From an uncultured Clostridia bacterium (lineage in GTDB: Bacteria > Bacillota > Clostridia > Oscillospirales > JAAYOS01), in assembly GCA_947631015.1 (NCBI GenBank), contig CANRJS010000006.1, positions 10,347-74,346 of the forward strand: 64,000 nucleotides of DNA, read 5' to 3'. The notes under the pieces were generated by a model that ran no database searches, was not told the origin of the DNA, and was given only the letters and a program-made list of their open reading frames with translations. The position numbers and the translations under genes are program-made. Of the stretch, positions 18,311 through 27,874 are shown one piece after another. Position 1 is the first letter of the stretch. The number at the start of each line of letters is the position of its first letter.

Positions 18311-20776
18311 TCACTGTTTGTCAAACACCAGCCCGCCGTCCTGTGCCCGTGCAGTGACCTTATCGCCCGACTTCAGGCTGCCGTCGAGGATCTTCTCCGC
18401 GACGGCGTCCTCGACCTTCGAGCTTAATGCCCTCCGGAGCGGACGCGCGCCATAGGTCGGGTCAAAACCCTCGTCCGCTATGAGGTCGAGCGCGCTGTCG
18501 TCCGCCGTGAGCTCCACTCCGCTCGCGTCCTTTATACGCTTTGCGACGGTGTCAAACATTGAGCGCGCTATCTCGCGTATCGTCTCCTTGTCAAGGCGGT
18601 GGAAGACGATTATCTCGTCTATGCGGTTAAGGAATTCCGGGCGGAAAGCCTCGCGCAGGCGCTGCATGACGGTGGCGCGGATCTCCTCGTCGGTGGGGGC
18701 GTCGTCGGTTTCGCCGAAGCCGAGGCGCTTCCGCTCCATGAGGTCGTGCGCGCCGAGGTTCGAGGTCATGACGATTATCGTGTTCTTGAAGTCGACCACG
18801 CGGCCCTGCGAGTCGCTGAGGCGTCCGTCCTCAAGTATCTGGAGAAGGATGTTGAACACGTCGGGGTGAGCCTTCTCTATCTCGTCGAAGAGCACCACAG
18901 AGTACGGGGTGCGGCGCACCTTCTCGGTGAGCTGACCGCCCTCGTCAAAGCCGACATATCCCGGAGGCGAACCGATGAGCTTCGATACGGAGTGCTTTTC
19001 CATATACTCGCTCATATCCACGCGTATCATGGCGTTCTCGTCGCCGAAGAGCGCCTCCGCAAGCGCGCGGCAGAGCTCGGTCTTGCCGACGCCCGTCGGC
19101 CCAAGGAAGATAAAGCTGCCGGTCGGACGCTTCGGGTCCTTGAGACCGACGCGGCCGCGCCGTATCGCGCGTGACACCGCGCTCACCGCCTCGTCCTGAC
19201 CGATAACGCGCCGATGCAAGATGTCCTCCATGTGAAGCAGGCGCGACGCCTCGTCCTCGGTGAGGCGCGTGACCGGAACGCCCGTCCAGCCGCTCACGAC
19301 CGCCGCGACGTCCTCCTCCGACACCGAGCCGCGCTCACCGGAGCTCTTGCCCTGCCACTCCGCGCGCTCACGCTCAAGCTCCTCGCGGGTCTTCTTCTCC
19401 TCGTCGCGGAGCTGCGCCGCGAGCTCAAAGTCCTGGCTCGTCACCGCCGACTCCTTCTCGGCGGCGAGGCGGTCAAGCTTCTCCTCGAGCTCCTTGAGCG
19501 AATCCGGCGCCGTGGCGGACGCCATGCGCACGCGGCTGCACGCCTCGTCTATCAGGTCTATCGCCTTGTCCGGCAGACGGCGGTCGCCGATATAGCGCGC
19601 GCTCAGCTCGACGGCGGCCTTTATCGCCTCGTCCGGTATCTTCAGACCGTGGTGCGCCTCGTAGCGGTCGCGGAGCCCCTTCAGTATCTCGACGGTCTCC
19701 GCCTCGGTGGGCTCGCCCACCATGACCGGCTGGAAACGCCGCTCGAGCGCCGCGTCCTTCTCGATGTGCTTACGGTATTCGTCTATTGTCGTCGCGCCTA
19801 TCACCTGTATCTCGCCGCGCGAGAGAGCCGGTTTGAGGATGTTCGCGGCGTCGATAGCTCCCTCCGCCGCGCCCGCGCCGATGAGCGTGTGTATCTCGTC
19901 GATGAAAAGTATGACGTTGCCGGCTTCCTTCACCTCGTCTATTGCTCCCTTTATGCGCTCCTCGAACTCGCCGCGGTACTTCGTTCCGGCAAGCATACCG
20001 CCGAGGTCGAGCGAGAAGAGGCGCTTGTTTTTCAGCGTCTCGGGCACGTCGCCCGCGGCTATCCGCTCCGCAAGACCCTCCGCGACGGCGGTCTTGCCGA
20101 CGCCCGGCTCGCCTATCAGCACCGGGTTGTTCTTCGTGCGGCGGGAGAGGATGCGTATGACGCGCGCGGTCTCCTCGTCGCGCCCGATTATCGGGTCGAG
20201 CTTGCCCTCGCGGGCCATGTCGGTGAGGTCGCGGCCGAACTTGTTGAGCGTCTTTGTCGCGGCCGAGGACGGGTCGCTGCGCTGTGCGCGGCCTCCGCGC
20301 GGCTGTTCGCCGCCGCTCTGCTGCGCTTCGCCGCCGGAGGAGCCGGTCATCTGCTCGAGCGAGGAATAGAGTTGCTGCGGGTTCGCGCCGAGGCTCATAA
20401 GGAACTGTACCGCGACGCAGTCGCTCTCGCGGAGCAGCCCCATCAGAATGTGCTCGGTGCCGACGTAGCTGTGGCCGTGGCGCGCCGCCTCGGCAATGGC
20501 GAGCTCGATTATCCTCTTGCCGCGCGGCGTGAAGCCCTGTACCGGCGCGCCGGACTGTCCCTCGCCTATCGCCTCGACGATGGCGCTCTTCAGCGCGTCG
20601 CCGTCCACTCCGGCGCGGACGAGCGCCTTGGACGCTATGCCGTCCGTCTCGCGAATGAGTCCGAGCAGTATATGCTCCGAGCCGACGTAACCGTGGCCGA
20701 GCTCCTGCGCCGCCTCCTGCGCGAGCCTTATCGCGTTCTCGGCACGCTGTGTGAATCTGGAGTTGTAGGAAAACAT
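18311..20776 (-). CDS. clpC: ATP-dependent Clp protease ATP-binding subunit ClpC
   Basis: Duplicated Clp-N repeats ([14 protein letters not shown] / [14 protein letters not shown]), two Walker A motifs ([16 protein letters not shown]) and a UVR motif. Confidence 0.95.
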   Translation of the reverse strand: MFSYNSRFTQRAENAIRLAQEAAQELGHGYVGSEHILLGLIRETDGIASKALVRAGVDGDALKSAIVEAIGEGQSGAPVQGFTPRGKRIIELAIAEAARHGHSYVGTEHILMGLLRESDCVAVQFLMSLGANPQQLYSSLEQMTGSSGGEAQQSGGEQPRGGRAQRSDPSSAATKTLNKFGRDLTDMAREGKLDPIIGRDEETARVIRILSRRTKNNPVLIGEPGVGKTAVAEGLAERIAAGDVPETLKNKRLFSLDLGGMLAGTKYRGEFEERIKGAIDEVKEAGNVILFIDEIHTLIGAGAAEGAIDAANILKPALSRGEIQVIGATTIDEYRKHIEKDAALERRFQPVMVGEPTEAETVEILKGLRDRYEAHHGLKIPDEAIKAAVELSARYIGDRRLPDKAIDLIDEACSRVRMASATAPDSLKELEEKLDRLAAEKESAVTSQDFELAAQLRDEEKKTREELERERAEWQGKSSGERGSVSEEDVAAVVSGWTGVPVTRLTEDEASRLLHMEDILHRRVIGQDEAVSAVSRAIRRGRVGLKDPKRPTGSFIFLGPTGVGKTELCRALAEALFGDENAMIRVDMSEYMEKHSVSKLIGSPPGYVGFDEGGQLTEKVRRTPYSVVLFDEIEKAHPDVFNILLQILEDGRLSDSQGRVVDFKNTIIVMTSNLGAHDLMERKRLGFGETDDAPTDEEIRATVMQRLREAFRPEFLNRIDEIIVFHRLDKETIREIARSMFDTVAKRIKDASGVELTADDSALDLIADEGFDPTYGARPLRRALSSKVEDAVAEKILDGSLKSGDKVTARAQDGGLVFDKQ

Positions 20777-20828
20777 ATCAATTACCTCCGTTCTCCGTTA
20801 TTATGTCCTTCTGCGCTTTGCAAAAAAC

Positions 20829-21866
20829 TTATATCTTGAATGAACCTTCCTCTATGCCGCGAAGCAGCTCGGCTCGCCTGCGGTCGCGCTCGGCGGGCGA
20901 GAGCTCCTTCCCCGCCGAAAGCGACAGGTTGGACGCCCGTACCGCCCACAGCAGCTCGTTGAGCCTGCCGCAGTCGGTCGGGAGTATCCCGAGCGATGCG
21001 CCTACGCGCACCTCGCCGAGCAGCCTCAGCGCCTCGGACGTGTCCATCCTCCGCGCGTACTTCAGCGTCCCGACGGCGCGCCAGACGCGGTCCTCGACGC
21101 CCTCGCGGTCGCTTTCGAGCGAGCGGCGGCGGAGCGTGCGTTCACGCTCGATTATCTGCCGCGCGACCTGTTCGAGGCGGTCGCAGACCTCCTCCTCGGT
21201 GTAGCCGAGAGTGATGCGGTTGGAGAACTGGTAGAGTGAGCCTTCGGCGGCGCTTCCCTCTCCGTAGATGCCGCGCGCGGTGAGCCCCGCGCCGCCCGCC
21301 GCCGAGACGACGGTGCCTATCTCGCGTGCCTCCTCGAGCGCCGGCAGGTGAAGCATGACCGACACGCGCATACCCGTTCCGAGGTTTGTCGGGCATTTTG
21401 TGAGATAGCCGAGCTTCTCGTCAAACGCGTAGCCGAGCTCGCGGTCGAACACCTCGTCGAGCTGCCGTGCGCGCTCGAGGGTCTTCTTGACATCGAGACC
21501 GGGCGCGAGCACCTGGAGCCGGAGGTGATCCTCCTCGTTTATCATGACGCTCATGCTCTCGTCATCGCTTATCAAAACGGCTCTCGGCGAGCCGCCCTCC
21601 GCGAGGTCGGGCGAGATGATGTGCCGCTCGACGAGCGCCGCGCGCTCGAGCGAGGAGCATTGCTCCATATCCACAAGGCGGAAGTGCGCGCCTATCGCGC
21701 TCTTTGAAAGCGCCGTCGCGGTCTCGCTTATCAGCCGCCGCGTCGCGTCGTCGCTCATCCGTCCCGGGAAGGGATACTTCGATATATTGCGGGCAAAGCG
21801 GACGCGCGTGGACACGCACACGTCGCCCTCGTCGCCGCTCCGTCTGTACCATCTTTCGGTCGTCAT
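20829..21866 (-). CDS. mcsB: protein arginine kinase McsB
   Basis: ATP:guanido phosphotransferase motifs (NEEDHLRLQ, CPTNLGTGMR). Lies between mcsA and clpC. Confidence 0.9.
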   Translation of the reverse strand: MTTERWYRRSGDEGDVCVSTRVRFARNISKYPFPGRMSDDATRRLISETATALSKSAIGAHFRLVDMEQCSSLERAALVERHIISPDLAEGGSPRAVLISDDESMSVMINEEDHLRLQVLAPGLDVKKTLERARQLDEVFDRELGYAFDEKLGYLTKCPTNLGTGMRVSVMLHLPALEEAREIGTVVSAAGGAGLTARGIYGEGSAAEGSLYQFSNRITLGYTEEEVCDRLEQVARQIIERERTLRRRSLESDREGVEDRVWRAVGTLKYARRMDTSEALRLLGEVRVGASLGILPTDCGRLNELLWAVRASNLSLSAGKELSPAERDRRRAELLRGIEEGSFKI

Positions 21867-22216
21867 GCCTTTTCGCCTCCCTCGTCCGCGAGCTTCTTCA
21901 GCTCGTCCCGTATCTCTGCGGCGCGCTCGAAGTTCTGCGCTCCTATTGCCTCCTGCATCTCGCGCTCGAGCGCCTCGCGGCGGCGCTTGGGGCTCGCCGC
22001 GACCTTCGCCGGGACGCGTCCGGTGTGCGTCGCGTTGCCGTGTATCCGCCGGATGTACGGCGTGAGCAGCGGCGCAAACTCGCGGTAACAGTCCGCGCAG
22101 CCCACGCGCCCGGTGCGGGCGACCTCCTCCTCGCTTATCCCGCAGGTCGGGCAGACGTGGTTCCTGCGCGCCTGCATTGCCCGTATCTCGGGCAGGAAAA
22201 ATTCGTCAAACAGCAT
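21863..22216 (-). CDS. mcsA: McsA-like activator of protein arginine kinase (short form, UVR motif)
   Basis: CPTCG...VGCADCY zinc-finger pair plus a UvrB/C-type motif (FERAAEIRDELKKL). Overlaps the mcsB start. Confidence 0.8.
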   Translation of the reverse strand: MLFDEFFLPEIRAMQARRNHVCPTCGISEEEVARTGRVGCADCYREFAPLLTPYIRRIHGNATHTGRVPAKVAASPKRRREALEREMQEAIGAQNFERAAEIRDELKKLADEGGEKA

Positions 22217-22260
22217 ATTCGTTGCCTCCCGTCACTTTACTCCGTATTGTTGTTCTGTAC

Positions 22261-22716
22261 TTACCCCGCGTCCGCGCAGGCGAGGAGCATCTGCTTGAAT
22301 ATCTCCGCCCGCAGCGTGCCCTTTCTCTCCGCCGGAACGCCGGCGAGCGCCCGTTCGCTCATCGCCGCCGCCATCAGGCGTCCCTCCGCTGGGGTTATCG
22401 CGCCGGCAGCGTCGAGATTGGTGAGGACGGCGGCGGCGGACGCCGCGTCTATCGAGCTTCCCACGCTCGCGAGCGCGTGCATGAGTATCAGCCTCGGTCC
22501 CGCCTCGACGCGCCTTATGCGGATATATCCTCCGCCGCCGCGCCGCGATTCCACGATGTAGCCCTGCTCGGGCGAGAAGCGGGTGGAAAGCACGTAGTTT
22601 ATCTGGCTCGGCGCACAGCCAAAGCGCTCCGCGAGCTCTCCCCTGCGCAGTTCAAGCGACTGGTCGCTCTCAAGTGCCGAGCGTATGAACTGCGCCACCA
22701 GATCCGTAAGTCCCAT
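22261..22716 (-). CDS. ctsR: class III stress-gene repressor CtsR
   Basis: LTDLVAQFIR..., ELAERFGCAPSQINYVLSTRFSPEQGYIVESRRGGGGYIRI. Confidence 0.9.
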   Translation of the reverse strand: MGLTDLVAQFIRSALESDQSLELRRGELAERFGCAPSQINYVLSTRFSPEQGYIVESRRGGGGYIRIRRVEAGPRLILMHALASVGSSIDAASAAAVLTNLDAAGAITPAEGRLMAAAMSERALAGVPAERKGTLRAEIFKQMLLACADAG

Positions 22717-22728
22717 GTCAAAGCCTCC

Positions 22729-22819
22729 TTTGACCTTTTCTGACCTTTATTATAATCACAGTATGGAAGAAAGGCAAATTCGGTTTTGACCTATTTTGAC
22801 CTTTTGACTTTCTTTGACC
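22729..22819 (-). promoter_or_regulatory. ctsR operon promoter with three CtsR operators
   Basis: Minus strand reads GGTCAAAgaaAGTCAAAaGGTCAAAataGGTCAAA (22785-22819), upstream of -35 TTGCCT (22772-22777) and -10 TATAAT (22749-22754). A further GGTCAGAaaaGGTCAAA (22729-22745) lies between the -10 and the RBS. Confidence 0.75.
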
Positions 22820-22980
22820 TTTGATTATCTCGTCCATCCGCGACTATGCTGAATATTTCGCGTATTTGCTTGCAGAATCGTGTTTTCCGGTTTTGCTTCC
22901 AATGTTAGCTAAAACTTACAAAACGTTCCGAAAATTTCCCCCCTGCACGAAAAAAGTTTATGTCGAGTCAAAATTAGTAT

Positions 22981-23008
22981 TTGCATTTCCCGCAAAGTGT
23001 GCTACAAT
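22981..23008 (+). promoter_or_regulatory. ferredoxin promoter
   Basis: TTGCAT, 16-nt spacer, extended -10 TGcTACAAT. Confidence 0.5.
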
Positions 23009-23040
23009 AAAGTTACTTCAAAAAGGAGGTGGCTTACATA

Positions 23041-23208
23041 ATGCCTTATAAGATTTCTGATGAGTGTATCGCGTGTGGTGCCTGCGCCGCCGGTTGCCCG
23101 GTCGAGGCTATCTCGGAGGGTGATATCTACGTTATAGACCCCGAGAAGTGCATTGACTGCGGAGCCTGCGCAGAGAACTGCCCTGTCGGAGCACCGAAGG
23201 CCGAGTAA
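23041..23208 (+). CDS. 2x[4Fe-4S] ferredoxin (55 aa; not in the ORF track)
   Basis: Own translation: MPYKISDECIACGACAAGCPVEAISEGDIYVIDPEKCIDCGACAENCPVGAPKAE. It has two CxxCxxCxxxCP motifs. GGAGGTGG RBS. Confidence 0.9.
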   Translation: MPYKISDECIACGACAAGCPVEAISEGDIYVIDPEKCIDCGACAENCPVGAPKAE

Positions 23209-23259
23209 TTTCGCGGCTCGGTGCCGCACAGCGGCACAGCCTGGAAGTGCATCGGAAGA

Positions 23260-23290
23260 TGGGGGCGGATATAATCCGCCCCCGTTTATT
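23260..23290 (+). terminator. ferredoxin intrinsic terminator
   Basis: gggggcggatataatccgccccc followed by gtttatt. It lies inside the ORF-track N-terminal extension of the next gene. Confidence 0.7.
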
Positions 23291-23303
23291 ATTACGCTAT
23301 ACT

Positions 23304-24071
23304 ATGTTTGATAATAACGGTACTGCCGAAAAAGAAAACATTACGACGGAACTTCTGCCCGGAGGGATACGGCTTCTCCAGGACGGGCGTCACCTGCGCA
23401 TCGGCGCGGACGCCGTCCTGCTCGCGGCGTTCTGTCCTCCGGCGGAGAGGATATGCGAGCTCGGGTGCGGCGTCGGGAACGTCCTCCTCGCGCTCGCCGG
23501 GAGGCACCCTTCCGCGTCGCTTACCGGTGTCGAAATAGAGCCGGGCGCGGCGGAGCTCTGCCGCGAGAGCATACGGCTAAACTCGCTCGAAGGCCGCGTG
23601 CGCGTAGAAACCGGCGACCTGCGCGAGGCGGCGTCGCTCGGTCTCGCGTCGCGCTCGTTTGACCTCGTTCTGATGAACCCGCCGTATCTGCGCGCGGGGA
23701 CGGTGCGCGATATGCCCGACCCCGTGACAAACCTCGAGCGCGTGGACGGCACCGCGCCGCCGGAGGCGGTCGCGCGGGCGGCGGCATACCTCCTTCGCGC
23801 GCGCGGCTCGCTCTGCCTCGTACTGAGGGCGGGGCGGCTCGGGGACTACATCGCGGCGGTCTCGTCGGCGGGTCTCGCGCCCGCCGAGCTCTGCCTCGCG
23901 GCGCATGACGCCTCCGCGCCGCCGTCGCTCGCCCTTCTCCGTGCGGAGAAGGGATACTCGGGGGAGCTGCGGATACTCCCGACGTTCCGCACGGGCGGCG
24001 AGGAGTACCGCCGCGTCCTTAAGGGCGAGGGACTCCGCGAGGCGCTCGGCGTCCGCCGCAGGAATGACTGA
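23304..24071 (+). CDS. SAM-dependent methyltransferase, YabB/TrmN6-like
   Basis: ELGCGVGNV (motif I) and LMNPPY (N6-adenine/N-MTase motif IV). Precedes rsmI, as yabB precedes yabC in Bacillus. Start placed after the terminator; uncertain. Confidence 0.7.
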   Translation: MFDNNGTAEKENITTELLPGGIRLLQDGRHLRIGADAVLLAAFCPPAERICELGCGVGNVLLALAGRHPSASLTGVEIEPGAAELCRESIRLNSLEGRVRVETGDLREAASLGLASRSFDLVLMNPPYLRAGTVRDMPDPVTNLERVDGTAPPEAVARAAAYLLRARGSLCLVLRAGRLGDYIAAVSSAGLAPAELCLAAHDASAPPSLALLRAEKGYSGELRILPTFRTGGEEYRRVLKGEGLREALGVRRRND

Positions 24072-24085
24072 AACGGAGGGAGACT

Positions 24086-24931
24086 ATGTCCACGCTCTAT
24101 ATAACCGCAACGCCGATAGGCAACCTCGGCGACATCACCGTGCGCGCGCTCGAAACGCTCCGCTCCTGTGACTTCGTCGCGGCGGAGGACACTCGCGTGA
24201 CGCTCCGCCTCCTCAACCACTTCGACATAAAGAAGCCGCTCGTGAGCTATCACGAGCACAGCAGCCGCGAGACGGCGGAGCGAATAGCCGCAAGAATTTC
24301 CTCGGGCGAGGTCTGCGTGCTCGTGAGCGACGCGGGAATGCCCGCGATAAGCGACCCCGGCCGCGAGCTCGTCGCGCTCTGCCACAGCGAAGGGATACCG
24401 GTTCGGGTGATACCCGGCGCGAGCGCGGCGGTGAGCGCCGTCGCGGCGAGCGGACTCGACGCGGCGCGGTTCTGCTTTGAAGGGTTCCTCTCCGCGACGG
24501 CGCGGGTGCGGCGCGAACGCCTCGCCGAGCTGCGGGGCGAGACGCGCGCGATGGTGTTTTACGAGGCGCCGCACAAGCTCGCGCGGACGCTCCGTGACCT
24601 CGCGGACGCCTTCGGCGAGGAACGGCGCGTATCCGTCTCGCGCGAGCTCACGAAGCTGCACGAGGAGACTTTTGTGACGACGCTCGGCGAAGCCGCTGCG
24701 ATGTACGCGGACGGAAGCGCGCGGGGAGAGTTCGCGCTCGTCGTCGAGGGCGCGCCGGAGGGCTCCTCCGACACGCGCGACCCGGAGGGTGCCGTCCGTG
24801 AGGCGAAGCGTCTCGCCGAGGAGGAAGGTCTTTCCACAAGCGAGGCAGCAAAGCGAGCCGCCGCGATGTTCGGCGTTCCCAAGGGCGAGATATACCGTGC
24901 GCTCCTTTGGGACCGTCCCGAGGACAGATAA
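24086..24931 (+). CDS. rsmI: 16S rRNA (cytidine1402-2'-O)-methyltransferase RsmI
   Basis: MSTLYITATPIGNLGDITVRALETLRSCDFVAAEDTR...SDAGMPAISDPG. Confidence 0.9.
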   Translation: MSTLYITATPIGNLGDITVRALETLRSCDFVAAEDTRVTLRLLNHFDIKKPLVSYHEHSSRETAERIAARISSGEVCVLVSDAGMPAISDPGRELVALCHSEGIPVRVIPGASAAVSAVAASGLDAARFCFEGFLSATARVRRERLAELRGETRAMVFYEAPHKLARTLRDLADAFGEERRVSVSRELTKLHEETFVTTLGEAAAMYADGSARGEFALVVEGAPEGSSDTRDPEGAVREAKRLAEEEGLSTSEAAKRAAAMFGVPKGEIYRALLWDRPEDR

Positions 24932-25176
24932 CCGTACAAAATTGATTCCCCGCGGCACGCTTCGAGGCTTGCGCGGGGAACATTTCTATGCTATAATAAT
25001 CGCAGAGCGATTATTATATTTTGATTCAATGCCGTTTTGCTCCCGTCCTTCGGACGGAACCGCAAAACATGGCGCATTATATCATATCGCTCCGCGATAT
25101 GATATAATAACAATAACAACAACTACACAAGTTATATTTGGTATCCGTGTCATTTCAGTGAAAGGGGCGACGCTCT

Positions 25177-26277
25177 TTGAAATTCACTTGTGAAAAGGCT
25201 CTGCTTGCCGCGGCGGTGAACGCCGCGAGCCGCACGGTCACATCCCGAACCTCCATACCGGCGCTCGAGGGCGTGCTGTGCGAGGTTTCGACTACTACCG
25301 TCACGCTCACCGGTTTCAACCTCGCCACCGGCATACGCGCCATCATCGACGTTGAGAACGCCGAGCCCGGCGCGGTCGTCATAAACGCTCGCCTGCTCGG
25401 CGACATCGTCCGCAAGAGCTCGGACGACTACATCACCGTCGAGGCGGATGAGCGCCTTACCGTCACGATAAAGAGCGCGATGAGCGAGTTCAAGCTGATG
25501 GGTCTCGCCGCTACCGACTTTCCGGCTCTTCCCGAGACCGAAAACGACCTCACAGTCGAGCTCAGCCAGAGCCTGCTCAAGAGCATGATAGGCATGACGA
25601 TATTTGCCGTCAGCGACAACGAGAACAAGCTTATCCACACCGGCGAACTCTTCGACTATCACGACGGACGCCTGAGCGTCGTCGCAGTGGATGGGTACCG
25701 TCTCGCCGTGCGCCGCGAGGAGGTCGCCTCCACTGCGGACAGGTTCAAGTTCGTCGTGCCCGGCGCGGCGCTCCGCGAGTGCGAACACCTCTGCGCCGAT
25801 ACCGACGACCCGATAACGATAAGCCTCGGTTCGCGCCACATCACCTTCGACATGGGCGACCGTGTGCTGATAAGCCGCCTCATCGAGGGCGAGTTTCTCA
25901 ACTACGAGGCCGCCATACCGCGCGAGTCGAAGTACAAGCTCGCCGCCTCCACTGAGGAGCTGCGCGACTCGGTTGAGCGCGTGTCGCTCATCATCAGCGA
26001 GCGCCTGAAGAACCCGATACGCTGCCTGTTCTCGGACGGACGGCTGAAGATATGGTGCCAGACCGCGCTCGGCCGCGCGAACGACGAGATAGCGGTCGAG
26101 GGCACCGGCGGCGAGACCGAGATAGGCTTCAACAACCGCTTCCTTCAGGACGCGCTCCGCGCCGTTCCGGACGAGAAGGTGCGTATAGAGCTGTCGAGCG
26201 GGCTCAGCCCGTGCGTGTTCTCCCCGCTCGAGGGTGACAGCTACACCTTCATGGTGCTGCCGGTCCGGCTGAAGTAA
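25177..26277 (+). CDS. dnaN: DNA polymerase III beta sliding clamp
   Basis: 366 aa, TTG start. MKFTCEKALLAAAVNAASRTV...PALEGVL...LTGFNL. Followed by recF. Confidence 0.95.
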   Translation: MKFTCEKALLAAAVNAASRTVTSRTSIPALEGVLCEVSTTTVTLTGFNLATGIRAIIDVENAEPGAVVINARLLGDIVRKSSDDYITVEADERLTVTIKSAMSEFKLMGLAATDFPALPETENDLTVELSQSLLKSMIGMTIFAVSDNENKLIHTGELFDYHDGRLSVVAVDGYRLAVRREEVASTADRFKFVVPGAALRECEHLCADTDDPITISLGSRHITFDMGDRVLISRLIEGEFLNYEAAIPRESKYKLAASTEELRDSVERVSLIISERLKNPIRCLFSDGRLKIWCQTALGRANDEIAVEGTGGETEIGFNNRFLQDALRAVPDEKVRIELSSGLSPCVFSPLEGDSYTFMVLPVRLK

Positions 26278-26278
26278 C

Positions 26279-27382
26279 GTGTTTGTCTCCTCCGTGCGCC
26301 TTGCCGATTGGCGCAACTATCACGAAGAATACTTTGAGCTCTCACCCGCGCGGAACGTGATATGCGGCGAGAATGCTCAGGGAAAGACCAATCTCCTCGA
26401 GGCGATATGCTATCTCGCCTCGGGGCGTTCTTTCCGTGCGGGACGGGAAGCGGAGCTTATCCGCGAGGGAGCGCCGCGCGCGGAGGCCTCCGCCGACGTC
26501 GTGCTCTCCGACCGCGGGCTTCACCTTCGCGCGGAGCTGGTGCGCGGCGCGGGACGGAGGCTCTACTCGAACGGCGTCCGCGAGAAACGGGTGGGCGACT
26601 TTGTGGGGCGGCTCCGCGCCGTCCTTTTTGCGCCCGGCGACCTGTCGCTCGTGAGCGGCGCGCCGGGCGAGCGCCGCAGGTTCCTCGACACGGCGCTCTC
26701 GCAGATGCGCCCGCGATACGCCGATGCGCTCGCGCAGTATACGCGCCTGCACGAGCACCGCACGCGCATACTCCGCGACTGGCGCGACACGCCGTCGCTT
26801 CTCGACGCGCTCGACGCGTACAGCGAACGCGCGGCGAAGGTCGGCGCGGCGCTGATAGGCTATCGCGCGCGGTTCGTGCGCGGCCTCTCCGCGCACGCTC
26901 CGCGCCTGCACGGCGAGATCTCCGGCGGCCGCGAGGCGCTTTCGATAAGCTACCGCACCGACTCCGCCGTCACCGACCCGTTCGCGCCGGAAAGCGCGAT
27001 AGCGGCGGAGCTCTCCGCGCATTTCGAGGCGCGGCGCGAGGCGGAACTTGCAAGCGGCGTGGCGCTCGTCGGGCCGCACCGCGACGAGCTTGAAATATCC
27101 ATTGAAGGGCGCGCGGCGCGTGCCTACGCCTCGCAGGGTCAGACCCGCACGGCGGCGCTCGCGCTGAAGCTCGCCGAACGCGAGCTTTTCGCGGAGGACT
27201 TGGGCGAGCTGCCCGTCCTCCTGCTTGACGACGTTCTCAGCGAGCTCGACCCCTCGCGGCGCGAGTGGGTGCTCGAGCGCGTCGGGGACGGACAGGTGAT
27301 AATCACGCTCTGCGACGCTTCCGGGCTGGACACGACTTCGGCGAAGGTCTTCCGCATCGCGGGCGGGAAAATAGCGGACTGA
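26279..27382 (+). CDS. recF: DNA replication/repair protein RecF
   Basis: GTG start abutting the dnaN stop. LADWRNY..., Walker A GENAQGKTNLLEA, signature SQGQTRTAALALKLAE, LLLDDVLSELD. Confidence 0.9.
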   Translation: MFVSSVRLADWRNYHEEYFELSPARNVICGENAQGKTNLLEAICYLASGRSFRAGREAELIREGAPRAEASADVVLSDRGLHLRAELVRGAGRRLYSNGVREKRVGDFVGRLRAVLFAPGDLSLVSGAPGERRRFLDTALSQMRPRYADALAQYTRLHEHRTRILRDWRDTPSLLDALDAYSERAAKVGAALIGYRARFVRGLSAHAPRLHGEISGGREALSISYRTDSAVTDPFAPESAIAAELSAHFEARREAELASGVALVGPHRDELEISIEGRAARAYASQGQTRTAALALKLAERELFAEDLGELPVLLLDDVLSELDPSRREWVLERVGDGQVIITLCDASGLDTTSAKVFRIAGGKIAD

Positions 27383-27403
27383 GAAACGGAACGGGAGAAA
27401 AAG

Positions 27404-27676
27404 ATGTATCTTCACCTCGGCAAAAACGTGATAGTGCCGTTTGACACCGTCGTGGGCGTGTTCGACCTCGACAGCACGAGCGCGTCCACGCGCACGCGTC
27501 TTTACCTCGAGCGCGCCGAGCGGGAGGGACGCCTTGTGTCCGTGGCGGACGACATCCCGCGCTCGTTTGTCGTCTGCCGCGAGGGCGGTCGGGACACCGT
27601 CTACCTCTCGCAGATCTCCGCAAGGACGCTCGAGCGCCGCGCGGGGATCCTGCCGGGCGTCGACCGCGAAATGTAA
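27404..27676 (+). CDS. DUF370 (RemB-like) small protein
   Basis: MYLHLGKNVIVPFDTVVGVFDLD...DIPRSFVVC...VYLSQISARTLERR. Occupies the usual recF-gyrB slot. Confidence 0.8.
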   Translation: MYLHLGKNVIVPFDTVVGVFDLDSTSASTRTRLYLERAEREGRLVSVADDIPRSFVVCREGGRDTVYLSQISARTLERRAGILPGVDREM

Positions 27677-27739
27677 AATCCTCCCGTTTTGACGAAGCGC
27701 GGCCTTTCCCGTACAAATCGAATGTGCAAACTGCCGAAA

Positions 27740-27765
27740 CCCGCTCAGTGAGCGGGTTTTTGCTT
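27740..27765 (+). terminator. intrinsic terminator
   Basis: aaacccgctcagtgagcgggttttt. Confidence 0.7.
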
Positions 27766-27874
27766 TATTTTTGCTTGCGGAAAACGTTCTCACGTGCTAT
27801 AATATAATAAGGTATAGGGCAGAATCGGAAGGGGACACAGCGCGTCCCCGCAGAAGACTTATCAGGAGGTTAGT

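Noticed and set aside
23247-23303. Upstream GTG start of the methyltransferase ORF.
   Set aside because: This segment contains the ferredoxin terminator hairpin (gggggcggatataatccgccccc plus T-run), so it is very unlikely to be coding.
24932-25176. Possible oriC upstream of dnaN.
   Set aside because: No DnaA-box (TTATCCACA or its complement) match better than about 5/9 by eye, no dnaA gene adjacent, and the AT-rich parts are perfect palindromes rather than an unwinding element. Kept only as a synteny observation.
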